Virus record (IMG/VR): IMGVR_UViG_3300036985_003812 | Location: 1 to 36,692 of that record | Source: a virus | Lineage: Duplodnaviria > Caudoviricetes | Reading direction: 5' to 3' (one strand) | Length of the DNA stretch: 36,692 nucleotides | The notes under the pieces: model-generated | The model's database searches: none | What the model saw: the letters and a program-made list of their open reading frames with translations, nothing else | Told to the model about the DNA's origin: nothing | Shown: positions 1 to 8,146 of the stretch, one piece after another | How positions within the stretch are numbered: position 1 is the first letter of the stretch | Layout: every line of letters starts with the position of its first letter | Position numbers and translations under genes: made by a program

Positions 1-533
1 TTTGCAAGCCCTGTCCGTAGTCCCTGAATCGTTCCTGCCGCATAGCAAACAATCCCCTTATGCTTGAGTGCGTTCTCTCTCGCTCCGGCTTTCCATTGAT
101 TCGGATAGATGTCGTCCCACGCGGCGTATTCCTCTTCGGCGATGCCGTACTTTTGCAGGTTCGCCAATCCGTCCTGCAAAGCACTGCCGTTGTCGCGACC
201 ACCATTCATGAGCCCGTACGCGAACGCACCGGAGAATAGTTTTTTGTCAGTGATCCCTCGGCGGAATCGTGCTTTGCTGTATCCGCCAGACTCAGCAAAT
301 CCGTTACACGAACCGTGCGATTTCTGGTTCTGAATCCATTCCGGCCCGAACACCTTGCGTGCCGGTACACGATTCTGATCTGTGATCACACGCTTGATCT
401 GCTCGTCGTTCCACGTCTCGAAAACCGATTCGAACGTCGGGAACGCACACACAAATCCCTCTGGATTCATATGCGAGCCTAGCCGCCGCTCCTCGCCTGT
501 CTGGTCAATGATCACTTCGATTTCTTCAGCCAC
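1..533 (-). CDS. Papain-like cysteine peptidase (C1 family), 5' part; runs off the left edge; absent from the ORF track
   Basis: Hand translation from GTG at 533, which overlaps the upstream TGA stop, is open to base 1: MAEEIEVIIDQTGEERRLG...WIQNQKSHGSCNGFA...LFSGAFAYGLMNGGRDNGSALQDGLANLQKYGI. QxxxGSCxxFA matches the papain oxyanion Gln/catalytic Cys motif. The His/Asn half lies outside the window. Confidence 0.85.
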   Translation of the reverse strand, partial: MAEEIEVIIDQTGEERRLGSHMNPEGFVCAFPTFESVFETWNDEQIKRVITDQNRVPARKVFGPEWIQNQKSHGSCNGFAESGGYSKARFRRGITDKKLFSGAFAYGLMNGGRDNGSALQDGLANLQKYGIAEEEYAAWDDIYPNQWKAGARENALKHKGIVCYAAGTIQGLRTGLA

Positions 534-1299
534 CAGTCAGCCCCCCGATTAGTGTTTTCAGTTCGCCAATCGTCGCTGGCATGTTGCCGCGATGGATCAT
601 TTTGCCGGTTGCCTTATCGTAGATCACGAGGCCGGGCGAAGGTCCATTCAGATCCGTGATTGCTTTCTTGCCGCGTGCTTCGCCAGTCGTCAGGTCATAT
701 GCTCGCCAGTCGTTTCCCGCGTCCACGAATTCCGTCCATGCAACGAGCCCGTTCATGGTGATTGCCATATCTGGCGAGCGGTTCATAGTATCTTCCACGA
801 TCGCGATGGAGACGTTTTTGACCGTTGGTATCGGCTTCGGTTCCGGTTCCGGCCCTGGCCTTGGACCAACGCCCGACACCGTCAGCACCTGACGCACAAT
901 GTCAGCCTGAGAAGTGACGCCGTGCGGAATCAAAATCAGTTCAGTTTTTCCGGAGGCTTTTGCCGTCACAAAATAAACGAACGGTGAGCTGTATGTCCGC
1001 GTTTCGATCTTGTTGGCCCCATCGACGAACAGACCACGCACGCGAATAGGCCCGCTTGACGCTTCGATGTCCACATAGCCCTCTGGCGATGTCAGCGTGA
1101 TGAGTTCAGTACCCGACTCTATCACATACCACTGATCGGCTTGCAACGCACCGATCACTTCCGATGAAGGTACTGGAGTGCTGTCTGGTTCAACCAGAAC
1201 AGGAGTCATGGGCAGCTTGATCGCGTCGTCGGCCCGCGATTCAACGCAGTAAGCGACTGCCCAGACGATCGTAATTCCAACAAGGCATTTCGCTCGCAT
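526..1299 (-). CDS. Exported protein: signal-peptide-like N-terminus, beta-rich domain, Pro/Glu linker, possible thioredoxin-like C-terminal domain without CxxC
   Basis: 257-aa ORF; basic then hydrophobic N-terminus (MRAKCLVGITIVWAVAYC); linker GPRPGPEPEPKPIP; TAATG coupling upstream and 8-nt overlap with the peptidase gene. Confidence 0.6.
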   Translation of the reverse strand: MRAKCLVGITIVWAVAYCVESRADDAIKLPMTPVLVEPDSTPVPSSEVIGALQADQWYVIESGTELITLTSPEGYVDIEASSGPIRVRGLFVDGANKIETRTYSSPFVYFVTAKASGKTELILIPHGVTSQADIVRQVLTVSGVGPRPGPEPEPKPIPTVKNVSIAIVEDTMNRSPDMAITMNGLVAWTEFVDAGNDWRAYDLTTGEARGKKAITDLNGPSPGLVIYDKATGKMIHRGNMPATIGELKTLIGGLTGG

Positions 1300-1643
1300 T
1301 ACTCGTCCGCTCCCGGTTGAGCAGCGGCTGAGAAGGCCAGGGCAACCTGCTCGTCGGTCGCATTCATGGCATCCAGCAGTCTGTCTTCGGTCATCTTGTA
1401 AACCTGTTCACGACTATATCGTGGACAGGTTTTACGTTCCTCAGGCGACTTCGACAGACGGGCTCGCCTGATGGCCTTCCGTGTTTGGTTCATTGCATCC
1501 AGAACGATCTCGCGATCCAGCGTGCCAGTCGTTGCATTGAAATGTGCCCGCACGTACTCTTGCGGGGTTTCAGAGGAGAACTGTTTTAGGCATTGAGCCA
1601 AGAACGGGTCTAAGAACACTTTAATCAGGATTGCCCAGTCCAT
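1299..1643 (-). CDS. Hypothetical protein (114 aa; start moved to ATG 1643)
   Basis: Track ORF 1299..1706; ATG at 1643 (MDWAILIK) has purine-rich GAAGG upstream and avoids overlap with the Zn-finger ORF. Confidence 0.65.
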   Translation of the reverse strand: MDWAILIKVFLDPFLAQCLKQFSSETPQEYVRAHFNATTGTLDREIVLDAMNQTRKAIRRARLSKSPEERKTCPRYSREQVYKMTEDRLLDAMNATDEQVALAFSAAAQPGADE

Positions 1644-1678
1644 GTCATCGCCTTCAGTCTGAGGATTGAAACAGAAAC

Positions 1679-1843
1679 CTATTTTCTCACGCGGCACTTC
1701 TGGCACACGTCAACAGTCTTACGCACACTTCGGCGACCCACCGTCCTGCCGCAACGTTTGCAAAAATACGGAGTGACTCCTCCGGCGGAACATTGTCCGC
1801 CTCCACCTGCCCCCGAATATCTGCCTTGCTTTGTCGGGATCAT
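1679..1843 (-). CDS. Small basic C4 zinc-finger protein (54 aa); absent from the ORF track
   Basis: ATGA overlap with the holin-like stop; MIPTKQGRYSGAGGGGQCSAGGVTPYFCKRCGRTVGRRSVRKTVDVCQKCRVRK, CxxC-x15-CxxC; fills the gap between genes. Confidence 0.65.
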   Translation of the reverse strand: MIPTKQGRYSGAGGGGQCSAGGVTPYFCKRCGRTVGRRSVRKTVDVCQKCRVRK

Positions 1844-2064
1844 CTCTTCGCAGCCTCCTTAACCTGCTCGCTTGTTACTGTGTTGGCCCGTGCTTGGAAA
1901 ATCGCGAGCAGCATCAACACTTGCGTGATGATTAACGCGGTGTCCGGGGCGGTCTTCGGGTCACTATCGATGACAGTACCAACCTGCCCGATCAGTAGGG
2001 CGACAGCGGCAGCTACCGCAGGGATCTTTGTTTGCCACGAGGCCCCGAGTAGTTTTTGAACCAT
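1840..2064 (-). CDS. Putative holin (two TM segments)
   Basis: 74 aa; SWQT start motif, two hydrophobic stretches, charged C-terminus (ARANTVTSEQVKEAAKR); follows the structural genes. Confidence 0.6.
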   Translation of the reverse strand: MVQKLLGASWQTKIPAVAAAVALLIGQVGTVIDSDPKTAPDTALIITQVLMLLAIFQARANTVTSEQVKEAAKR

Positions 2065-2094
2065 ACGAACATTCCTGAAAGTTTTGGAGCATTG

Positions 2095-2128
2095 CCCCGA
2101 GCGACGACGCTCGCTGCGGGGTTTTCTT
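2095..2128. terminator. Intergenic GC-rich hairpin, possible terminator
   Basis: CCCCG-AGCGA / TCGCT-G-CGGGG stem followed by TTTTCTT on the + strand; the T tract is on the antisense side, so direction is uncertain. Confidence 0.45.
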
Positions 2129-2133
2129 ATTAC

Positions 2134-2637
2134 TCAGCTTCCGTCCATGTCCATCTCACACTGTACGAATACCCCTGTAGGTAGAGTGCCTGTACCGATA
2201 GTGGCGGTGATTGTCACTTCGAACCAATCACCCGCCACGAAGGCCCCGCCACCGCTGATGGCTCCCACCTGAACAATCCGGGCTACGTCGGCACTGGTGA
2301 GTGTGATGACACTGGACATCACAGTAGTGCCGTTTTTCTTGACGTTCACGGTGGTGGTGCTGTCACCGATAGCGGCTGCGATAGACCCAGCAATGATCTC
2401 ATTCAGTGTGCCCGGTCTCCGAGCGACAAACAGGGGGCGGGTCTCAGTCGTGGCTGCACTGTTCGGCTGTTGCCACGTCGGGAAAACCCGCTGCTCTGTT
2501 TTATCTGCCGAGATGTTGGCTCCGGCTATTACTTTGGCCGAACTGGTGATAGCGTTGTCAGGTAGCACGACCGCTCCAACGGTCAGTGTTCCTCTGACAT
2601 TCACATTCACATCGCTCGGATACGTAATCGTGGACAT
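2134..2637 (-). CDS. Putative virion structural/decoration protein
   Basis: 167 aa, Thr/Ala/Val/Gly-rich beta-type composition; GGGGA RBS; structural operon context. Confidence 0.55.
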   Translation of the reverse strand: MSTITYPSDVNVNVRGTLTVGAVVLPDNAITSSAKVIAGANISADKTEQRVFPTWQQPNSAATTETRPLFVARRPGTLNEIIAGSIAAAIGDSTTTVNVKKNGTTVMSSVITLTSADVARIVQVGAISGGGAFVAGDWFEVTITATIGTGTLPTGVFVQCEMDMDGS

Positions 2638-2649
2638 TGCTTATCCCCA

Positions 2650-2715
2650 GATCAAAGTGCGTCAGATACAGCCGCTGTTACTGCGGATCAGAGTGCGTCA
2701 GGGATAACCGCTGTT
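2650..2715. repeat. Imperfect 30-bp direct repeat (period 36) duplicating a gene 3' end
   Basis: 2650-2679 gatcaaagtgcgtcagatacagccgctgtt vs 2686-2715 gatcagagtgcgtcagggataaccgctgtt; 25/30 identical. Confidence 0.75.
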
Positions 2716-3155
2716 TGAACGGCACCGAGGTTTGTGTATCCGCTCATGATCCAAGTGTTCGCTGCCACGTAGATAAGGATGTACGTATTGTTCGCTGTCA
2801 GAGCGGCCTCATTGGTTGCACCGACGGTGACGTTGTTCACCTTGTGAGCCGCCACTGCGGAGATCAACTCACACCCGGTCGAACCGACTTTGATGGTCAG
2901 CTCTTTACCGATGTCTGCGGCTGGGAGGGAGATCTGCTTGTCGGCACTGTCACTGGTGACAGTGACGAACCGGGCTGCTGCCGGGATTAAACCCGTCGTA
3001 GCACCACCTGTGGTCGCTGTGACTGACGCCAGAGTAGGGTTCTGACCGCCGTACAACTCGACAAAGTTCAAGTCGGCTTTTGTGAGCTTCGACCTGATCT
3101 TACCGGACGTCCCGTACATCTCGCGGGAACCACTGACAAGCGTTTGAATCGTCAT
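2688..3155 (-). CDS. Putative virion structural protein (decoration/fibre-like)
   Basis: 155 aa, Thr/Ala-rich; ISLPAA..G.ELTIK and YVAANTW patterns resemble phage fibre/decoration beta domains; AGGAG RBS. Confidence 0.55.
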   Translation of the reverse strand: MTIQTLVSGSREMYGTSGKIRSKLTKADLNFVELYGGQNPTLASVTATTGGATTGLIPAAARFVTVTSDSADKQISLPAADIGKELTIKVGSTGCELISAVAAHKVNNVTVGATNEAALTANNTYILIYVAANTWIMSGYTNLGAVQTAVIPDAL

Positions 3156-3196
3156 GACAACCTACTCCTGTAGAACCAAAAGGCATAAGGCTATCC

Positions 3197-3206
3197 GTCT
3201 GGGGGA
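3197..3206 (-). promoter_or_regulatory. TCCCCCAGAC intergenic motif, copy 1
   Basis: Identical 10-mer on the same strand also at 28094-28103 and 36066-36075, each upstream of a gene. Confidence 0.45.
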
Positions 3207-3224
3207 GACTGATTTTGTCACAAT

Positions 3225-6200
3225 CTATCTGTTGGCTCTGAGCCTGTCAATCAGGGCTTTCGTTTTGGGCCGGTCATCCTTCTTTTTCGATGAGCCTGTT
3301 CCACCGACCTGCTTGCGTAATGCCGATAAAACTCTGGTAATCTTATCCAGTTCAGCCGCTCCTTCTGTGTCGCCTTGCTCGACCATTCGCTCCATCAGTT
3401 TCTCCGTACCAGAGACGATGGTAAGCGGTCGAGCCCCGCTCTTGATCTGCAGAGCGTTCAACCGGTCTCTGATGTCACGAGTGATCTGCTCAGGTGAAAC
3501 ATGTTCCACCTTGAAACCGGAGAGAAGGCGTATCACTTTCTCAACAGGACCCGACCGAGCAGGGTCTGCTGTCGCGATCTTGGCAATACTGAGTAACCGG
3601 GAAACCGGTGATGCCGCCGCAATCGATTCTGCCATTGAACCTGCAAAAGGTTTAGCTCGACCAGAGGGACCTAGGTCCTGCATACCGAGGTTTACCAGCA
3701 GTCTCCCCATCGTGGGGTCAAGGTCATCCAGTCTGCGACCACCCATCGGACCCTGGCTGTAGAGACTGGTGTTCGTGCTGTACTCGACCAACCACTTCGG
3801 AACAGGATTGATGTTACTGATTGCTTTCTGCAGGAGACCGCGTACGTCTCCCTGCATCGCGTTACCGGCGTAGTTGACAGTGTCTTCGTGCATCAGCCCC
3901 AGAGACGTCAGGTACTTCAGAGAGCCATCATCACCTTTACCAAACGGGATAGCCGCTGTGTCCTGATACTGAAAGGGTACGTACCCTTTCTCGTCACCCT
4001 GACCTAACCGGGACGCCCGGATAGTATACCCCAGCGGTCCACCGGGGTTGGTCACCAACTCCTTTATGAACATCGGAATCGACTGACGCATGAAGCTGTA
4101 ATAAGGCACAACCGATTTCAGATACTTGTGTTCGAACCGAGTGAAGTTCCTCGGGTTGGCATTCAACAGAACTTTGTCACTCATCTGAAACGCTTCAGAC
4201 AATGACTTCGTGGTGTCCAGTCGATTCAGTACGTACATGGCCCTGTTCAGCAGGTCTACCTTGCTTCGGAAAGCATTGACCAGTGTGACGGCTGCATTGC
4301 TCTCTGTGTGCTGGATCGCTCGACCGGCTTTGTCCTTGCCCCACGCACCAGCCACTTTGAAAGGGCTGACGTCGTTGTTGGAGTTCAACGGGTTCCACCC
4401 GCCCTTCACCGCTTTCATGAAGCCCTGTTTAATCTGGCCTCCCCACGGCTTAGTGTTGGGCATGTCCTCGACCAGACGCATAGACGAATCGGCCCCCTCC
4501 ATCGCAGCTTCGTCGGCCTTGAAGACGTTAGGGTGCATCGCACCGCCGTGGTGATGAGCGTTCCACAGATTCTGGAAGGCTTCACCTCTTGTCTGCGGTG
4601 TACTCGGTCGCTGGTAGAGCTTCAGGAACTCTTCGATCTCGGGGATACCTTCACCGGGATCAACAGCTCCCCCTCTGATGAAGTCCCATGCCCGTGATCC
4701 GTGTTTCGCTATCGCTGTAATCGGGTTCTGATCACCCATGATTGAAGCGTTGACAAACGATGAGAGGCCGTCCCTGATCGCCGTGGCTGGAGTGTAACCC
4801 AGTTGACCTGACTTGAACCAGGCATTCATAGACTGAGCGGAGCGGTTGATGAAACCCATCTCGGGTAGATCAGCCGCTCCGGGAATCTCGTTAAGTGTTT
4901 TCATCTGGTGGAACACATCAGCCGATGCACGGATACCTTTGATCCGTTCAATTTGAGCCAGGATAACATCGGGGTCTTCTGTCGCAACGAACCCTGGGAT
5001 CTTCCGGTCGATCCAGTGCTGCCGCGTGTTCTCCAGGAACGTGTCTGCATCTACCTTGTCAGCGAACAGCCCGTTGTTGCCTTCCATCGCTTCAGCAAGC
5101 GTGATCCCCCGTACGGTATCTTTGTCGTGTTTCACCACGATGTTGCCGGGGTCTGCTTTGCCCCCGGTCGAGGCCAGTTGCTTCTCGTACATATCCGTCA
5201 AGGTGTCACGAGTTGCTTTGATCAACGATACAGCAGACCCGTTCTTTGCCAGGTAGTCTGATCCTGTGACTGCAGCGGACCGACTGAACACCGGAGCCAT
5301 CCGCTTCTCAACATGGTTAGCCAGCTCCATTGCCAGAGCCTGGTGTCTGTCAAGGAGGCCGATCCCCAGATCCTGTTCCAGCAGTTCCGTGTTGCGTTCA
5401 GCGGCTGTCTCAGCTCGACTGGTGTAGTCCTTGTCAACGTCGATCTGGTCCAGCATCTTCTGGTTGGCTTCCGCCGTCACAGCGTTGTACTTGGTACGCA
5501 TCTCGTGAACCAGTTCGATGTTCTCTTTGTTGAACATCAGGGCCTGCAGTGACTCATCATTCAGCCGCAGCAAAGCCCTCATTGATTTTACGAGGGGTTT
5601 ACCAGCAGCCACTTTCTCCTGTATCTGCGGCAGGAGCTTACGCCACCCTTTGAGGTAGTCAGAGTGAAATACCTCCGTCTCTTTACCGTTGACCTTCACC
5701 GCATTGACCATCCCATGCTCATCCAGTTGCGGCATCCACTGGTCTACCCGATCACCGTAGTTCCGGGTAATCGCCTGATGAAGATGATCAATGGTTGCTT
5801 CCCTGGCCTGCAACGGACTGGCCTCAACGTTGGTCCTGAAACTCTTCTCGATCGACTTCCACATGTTGCCCATCTTTGAGTTGATCGATGGGGTGACTAC
5901 GACCTTGACAGGTGGTTGCCCCTTCTGCAGAACCTTTTCTGCGATGTACACCTTCCTGCCGTTGGTCTGAAATATCACTGCCCGGTCGTAGTCCGTCCGA
6001 CTAGGGAAGTCCGTTACCTGCATTGTGGACGGATCAATCTCCGTGAAGTTCGGTACGTCCTTATTCTTGAACGTGTGGACCAACTGGCCTGTGCGATCAG
6101 ACACGTCGTCCCAGTGAGACCACCACCCCCGTTTGTCGAGGATGCCTGGCTGTTTGCCAGTCCGGACAGCTTCGTTCTGAGCTTCCTTCATCGCCCATAG

Positions 6201-8111
6201 GTGGTCCATCACCTCCTTGATTGGAGCCGTACGAGGCTGAGTCAGAGAAGCATCCACGCCTTCCATGCCGGGGTAAACGTCTTTAACCCACTTCTCACTG
6301 CCATCCGGCAACAGAGAGTCCCTGCGGTATCCGTGGGTCTGCCAGAAGCTGTCTCCTGTTTGTGGAGAAGTGACAACTTCCAACCGGTCTACCCCCGCTT
6401 CTCTGACTGTCTTTTCAACTTTGGGCAGGTTGTCATCCAAGGCATCTAACGCCTGACCAGTCAGGTGCTGGTCAGGTGCGATCGCTGCTACCTTTGAGTT
6501 GCCGTCTGTCCGGAACTGGATGTCAACGTTGCCCACTTTTGAAAGGGATACGGAGTCAATCAGTTCCATCTGGTTAGGGCTGGTTGCCCGCACACCGACA
6601 GCAGTCTTAGGAACCCGTGGTTCTCTCCGCAGAGGCAGAGAGTCCCAGAATTCCTCGCCTGTCATTCCCAGTTGATTCGCGATGGGCTCGACGTGCCGGA
6701 TGCCCACCGTGTCGGGCAAGATCTTCGGCTGCACACCATTTATCAGATCGGTGGATTCGATAGACCTGCCATCAATTTTCTCGGCAAGGTTCTGGAAATA
6801 CTTGTCACCGAACAGTCCGTTCACTCCGTGAGTCCCGTCAGCGAACGCCTTGTACGTGATATCACGACCACCGGTTGACACCAGAGACGCCACGAGACTG
6901 GTGTAGCCTCGTCGCCATGAGGACCTGTCCATACCCGTCAGAGCTTCAAGGTGGCGGAGCTCATTGGACTTGCTTCGGCCAACACCATACTTGGTATAGG
7001 GGTCGTGGTCCGTGCCGATCTTTAATCCAAAGCCCTGGGCCTCTCCATGCAGACTGTTTATATCCTCTTTGATAACGTTAAGCGTGTGTTTCAGTTCTTC
7101 AGGGACCTGAACCTTCTGGTGAAGGAAAGTCTCTTTCAGTTGGTGGTCGCGGTAGAAGACGTCATCTTTGTCACCAACCAGTTTGACCACTGCCCCTTTC
7201 TCATCTCGGTTCACCCACTCAACCTCGCGTAGTTCTGGAGTGTCCCCGACAGTAACCAGGTCCCGTGAATCCAGTTGGCCCGGAGTCTCGACGCCCTCAA
7301 GGTATCTACCGATTGCTTCTTCTCTGGCGTTGACCTGCAACTGTGAGTCAGGCAGCATCCACGTTGTAGGATCTGATGTGTCATACGTCTTGTTGACTTC
7401 CAGATCGAACCCGGCCCGCTTCGCTGCCATCCCGATCTCGGTGGCGTGGGCAACTGCCCTGACCCGGATCTTCTCTACGATCGGGTGTACCTTTTCGGCC
7501 ATGCCCATGATGATGGGATCAGTTACCCCATGTGTCGGGACATTGAACAGAGCCTTGACACCCCGGTACGCACTGCCAAGCGTAGCCTTGGTTGCGTTCG
7601 CCGGTATGGTGTCGAACACTTTCACAGCACCACGCCCCAGCATCCGGGCTAACGGGTGTGCCCGGCCTGCAACCTTCGCCGTTGACCGGCCCAGCTTGGA
7701 TGCCAGCATCAGAGGTTTGGTGACGGGGCCGAACGGGTCCAATATGACTTCAGCCAGGAACCCGGCAACGTCTCTTGCTCCTTCACCGGGATCGTCTGCC
7801 CATCCTGTAATACCAGTCTCTTTGTTCTTCCTCATGCCGTACTTGGTGAGCAGGTCACGACCGGTTGTCCGGTTCTCATCGGACAACGGTGACAACCACT
7901 GGTCGAACGGGTTTGCTCCGGCCAGGAGGTCTCGTACAGAACTCCCCGGCAGATCGAGGAAGTTACCAACCGATGCTACGGCTCCCAGACCTACCCCTGC
8001 AACGGAGTGAAGGGAGTCCATGAGATCCCCTTGTTCCTCAGGCGGGGCGTATTGAGCCGCTGCCTGGGAACCAAGTCGGGACGCTGCCAGGAGTTCTTGC
8101 AGGTTTGCCAT
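3225..8111 (-). CDS. Large internal virion / ejection (polyvalent-type) protein
   Basis: 1628 aa; C-terminal FTRFEHKYLKSVVPYYSFMRQSIP resembles C-terminal regions of phage large polyvalent/ejection proteins; N-terminal domain shared with the 858-aa protein. Confidence 0.65.
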   Translation of the reverse strand: MANLQELLAASRLGSQAAAQYAPPEEQGDLMDSLHSVAGVGLGAVASVGNFLDLPGSSVRDLLAGANPFDQWLSPLSDENRTTGRDLLTKYGMRKNKETGITGWADDPGEGARDVAGFLAEVILDPFGPVTKPLMLASKLGRSTAKVAGRAHPLARMLGRGAVKVFDTIPANATKATLGSAYRGVKALFNVPTHGVTDPIIMGMAEKVHPIVEKIRVRAVAHATEIGMAAKRAGFDLEVNKTYDTSDPTTWMLPDSQLQVNAREEAIGRYLEGVETPGQLDSRDLVTVGDTPELREVEWVNRDEKGAVVKLVGDKDDVFYRDHQLKETFLHQKVQVPEELKHTLNVIKEDINSLHGEAQGFGLKIGTDHDPYTKYGVGRSKSNELRHLEALTGMDRSSWRRGYTSLVASLVSTGGRDITYKAFADGTHGVNGLFGDKYFQNLAEKIDGRSIESTDLINGVQPKILPDTVGIRHVEPIANQLGMTGEEFWDSLPLRREPRVPKTAVGVRATSPNQMELIDSVSLSKVGNVDIQFRTDGNSKVAAIAPDQHLTGQALDALDDNLPKVEKTVREAGVDRLEVVTSPQTGDSFWQTHGYRRDSLLPDGSEKWVKDVYPGMEGVDASLTQPRTAPIKEVMDHLWAMKEAQNEAVRTGKQPGILDKRGWWSHWDDVSDRTGQLVHTFKNKDVPNFTEIDPSTMQVTDFPSRTDYDRAVIFQTNGRKVYIAEKVLQKGQPPVKVVVTPSINSKMGNMWKSIEKSFRTNVEASPLQAREATIDHLHQAITRNYGDRVDQWMPQLDEHGMVNAVKVNGKETEVFHSDYLKGWRKLLPQIQEKVAAGKPLVKSMRALLRLNDESLQALMFNKENIELVHEMRTKYNAVTAEANQKMLDQIDVDKDYTSRAETAAERNTELLEQDLGIGLLDRHQALAMELANHVEKRMAPVFSRSAAVTGSDYLAKNGSAVSLIKATRDTLTDMYEKQLASTGGKADPGNIVVKHDKDTVRGITLAEAMEGNNGLFADKVDADTFLENTRQHWIDRKIPGFVATEDPDVILAQIERIKGIRASADVFHQMKTLNEIPGAADLPEMGFINRSAQSMNAWFKSGQLGYTPATAIRDGLSSFVNASIMGDQNPITAIAKHGSRAWDFIRGGAVDPGEGIPEIEEFLKLYQRPSTPQTRGEAFQNLWNAHHHGGAMHPNVFKADEAAMEGADSSMRLVEDMPNTKPWGGQIKQGFMKAVKGGWNPLNSNNDVSPFKVAGAWGKDKAGRAIQHTESNAAVTLVNAFRSKVDLLNRAMYVLNRLDTTKSLSEAFQMSDKVLLNANPRNFTRFEHKYLKSVVPYYSFMRQSIPMFIKELVTNPGGPLGYTIRASRLGQGDEKGYVPFQYQDTAAIPFGKGDDGSLKYLTSLGLMHEDTVNYAGNAMQGDVRGLLQKAISNINPVPKWLVEYSTNTSLYSQGPMGGRRLDDLDPTMGRLLVNLGMQDLGPSGRAKPFAGSMAESIAAASPVSRLLSIAKIATADPARSGPVEKVIRLLSGFKVEHVSPEQITRDIRDRLNALQIKSGARPLTIVSGTEKLMERMVEQGDTEGAAELDKITRVLSALRKQVGGTGSSKKKDDRPKTKALIDRLRANR

Positions 8112-8146
8112 TTAAGAATGACCATCTAGCCGAATGTCACTGGGTA

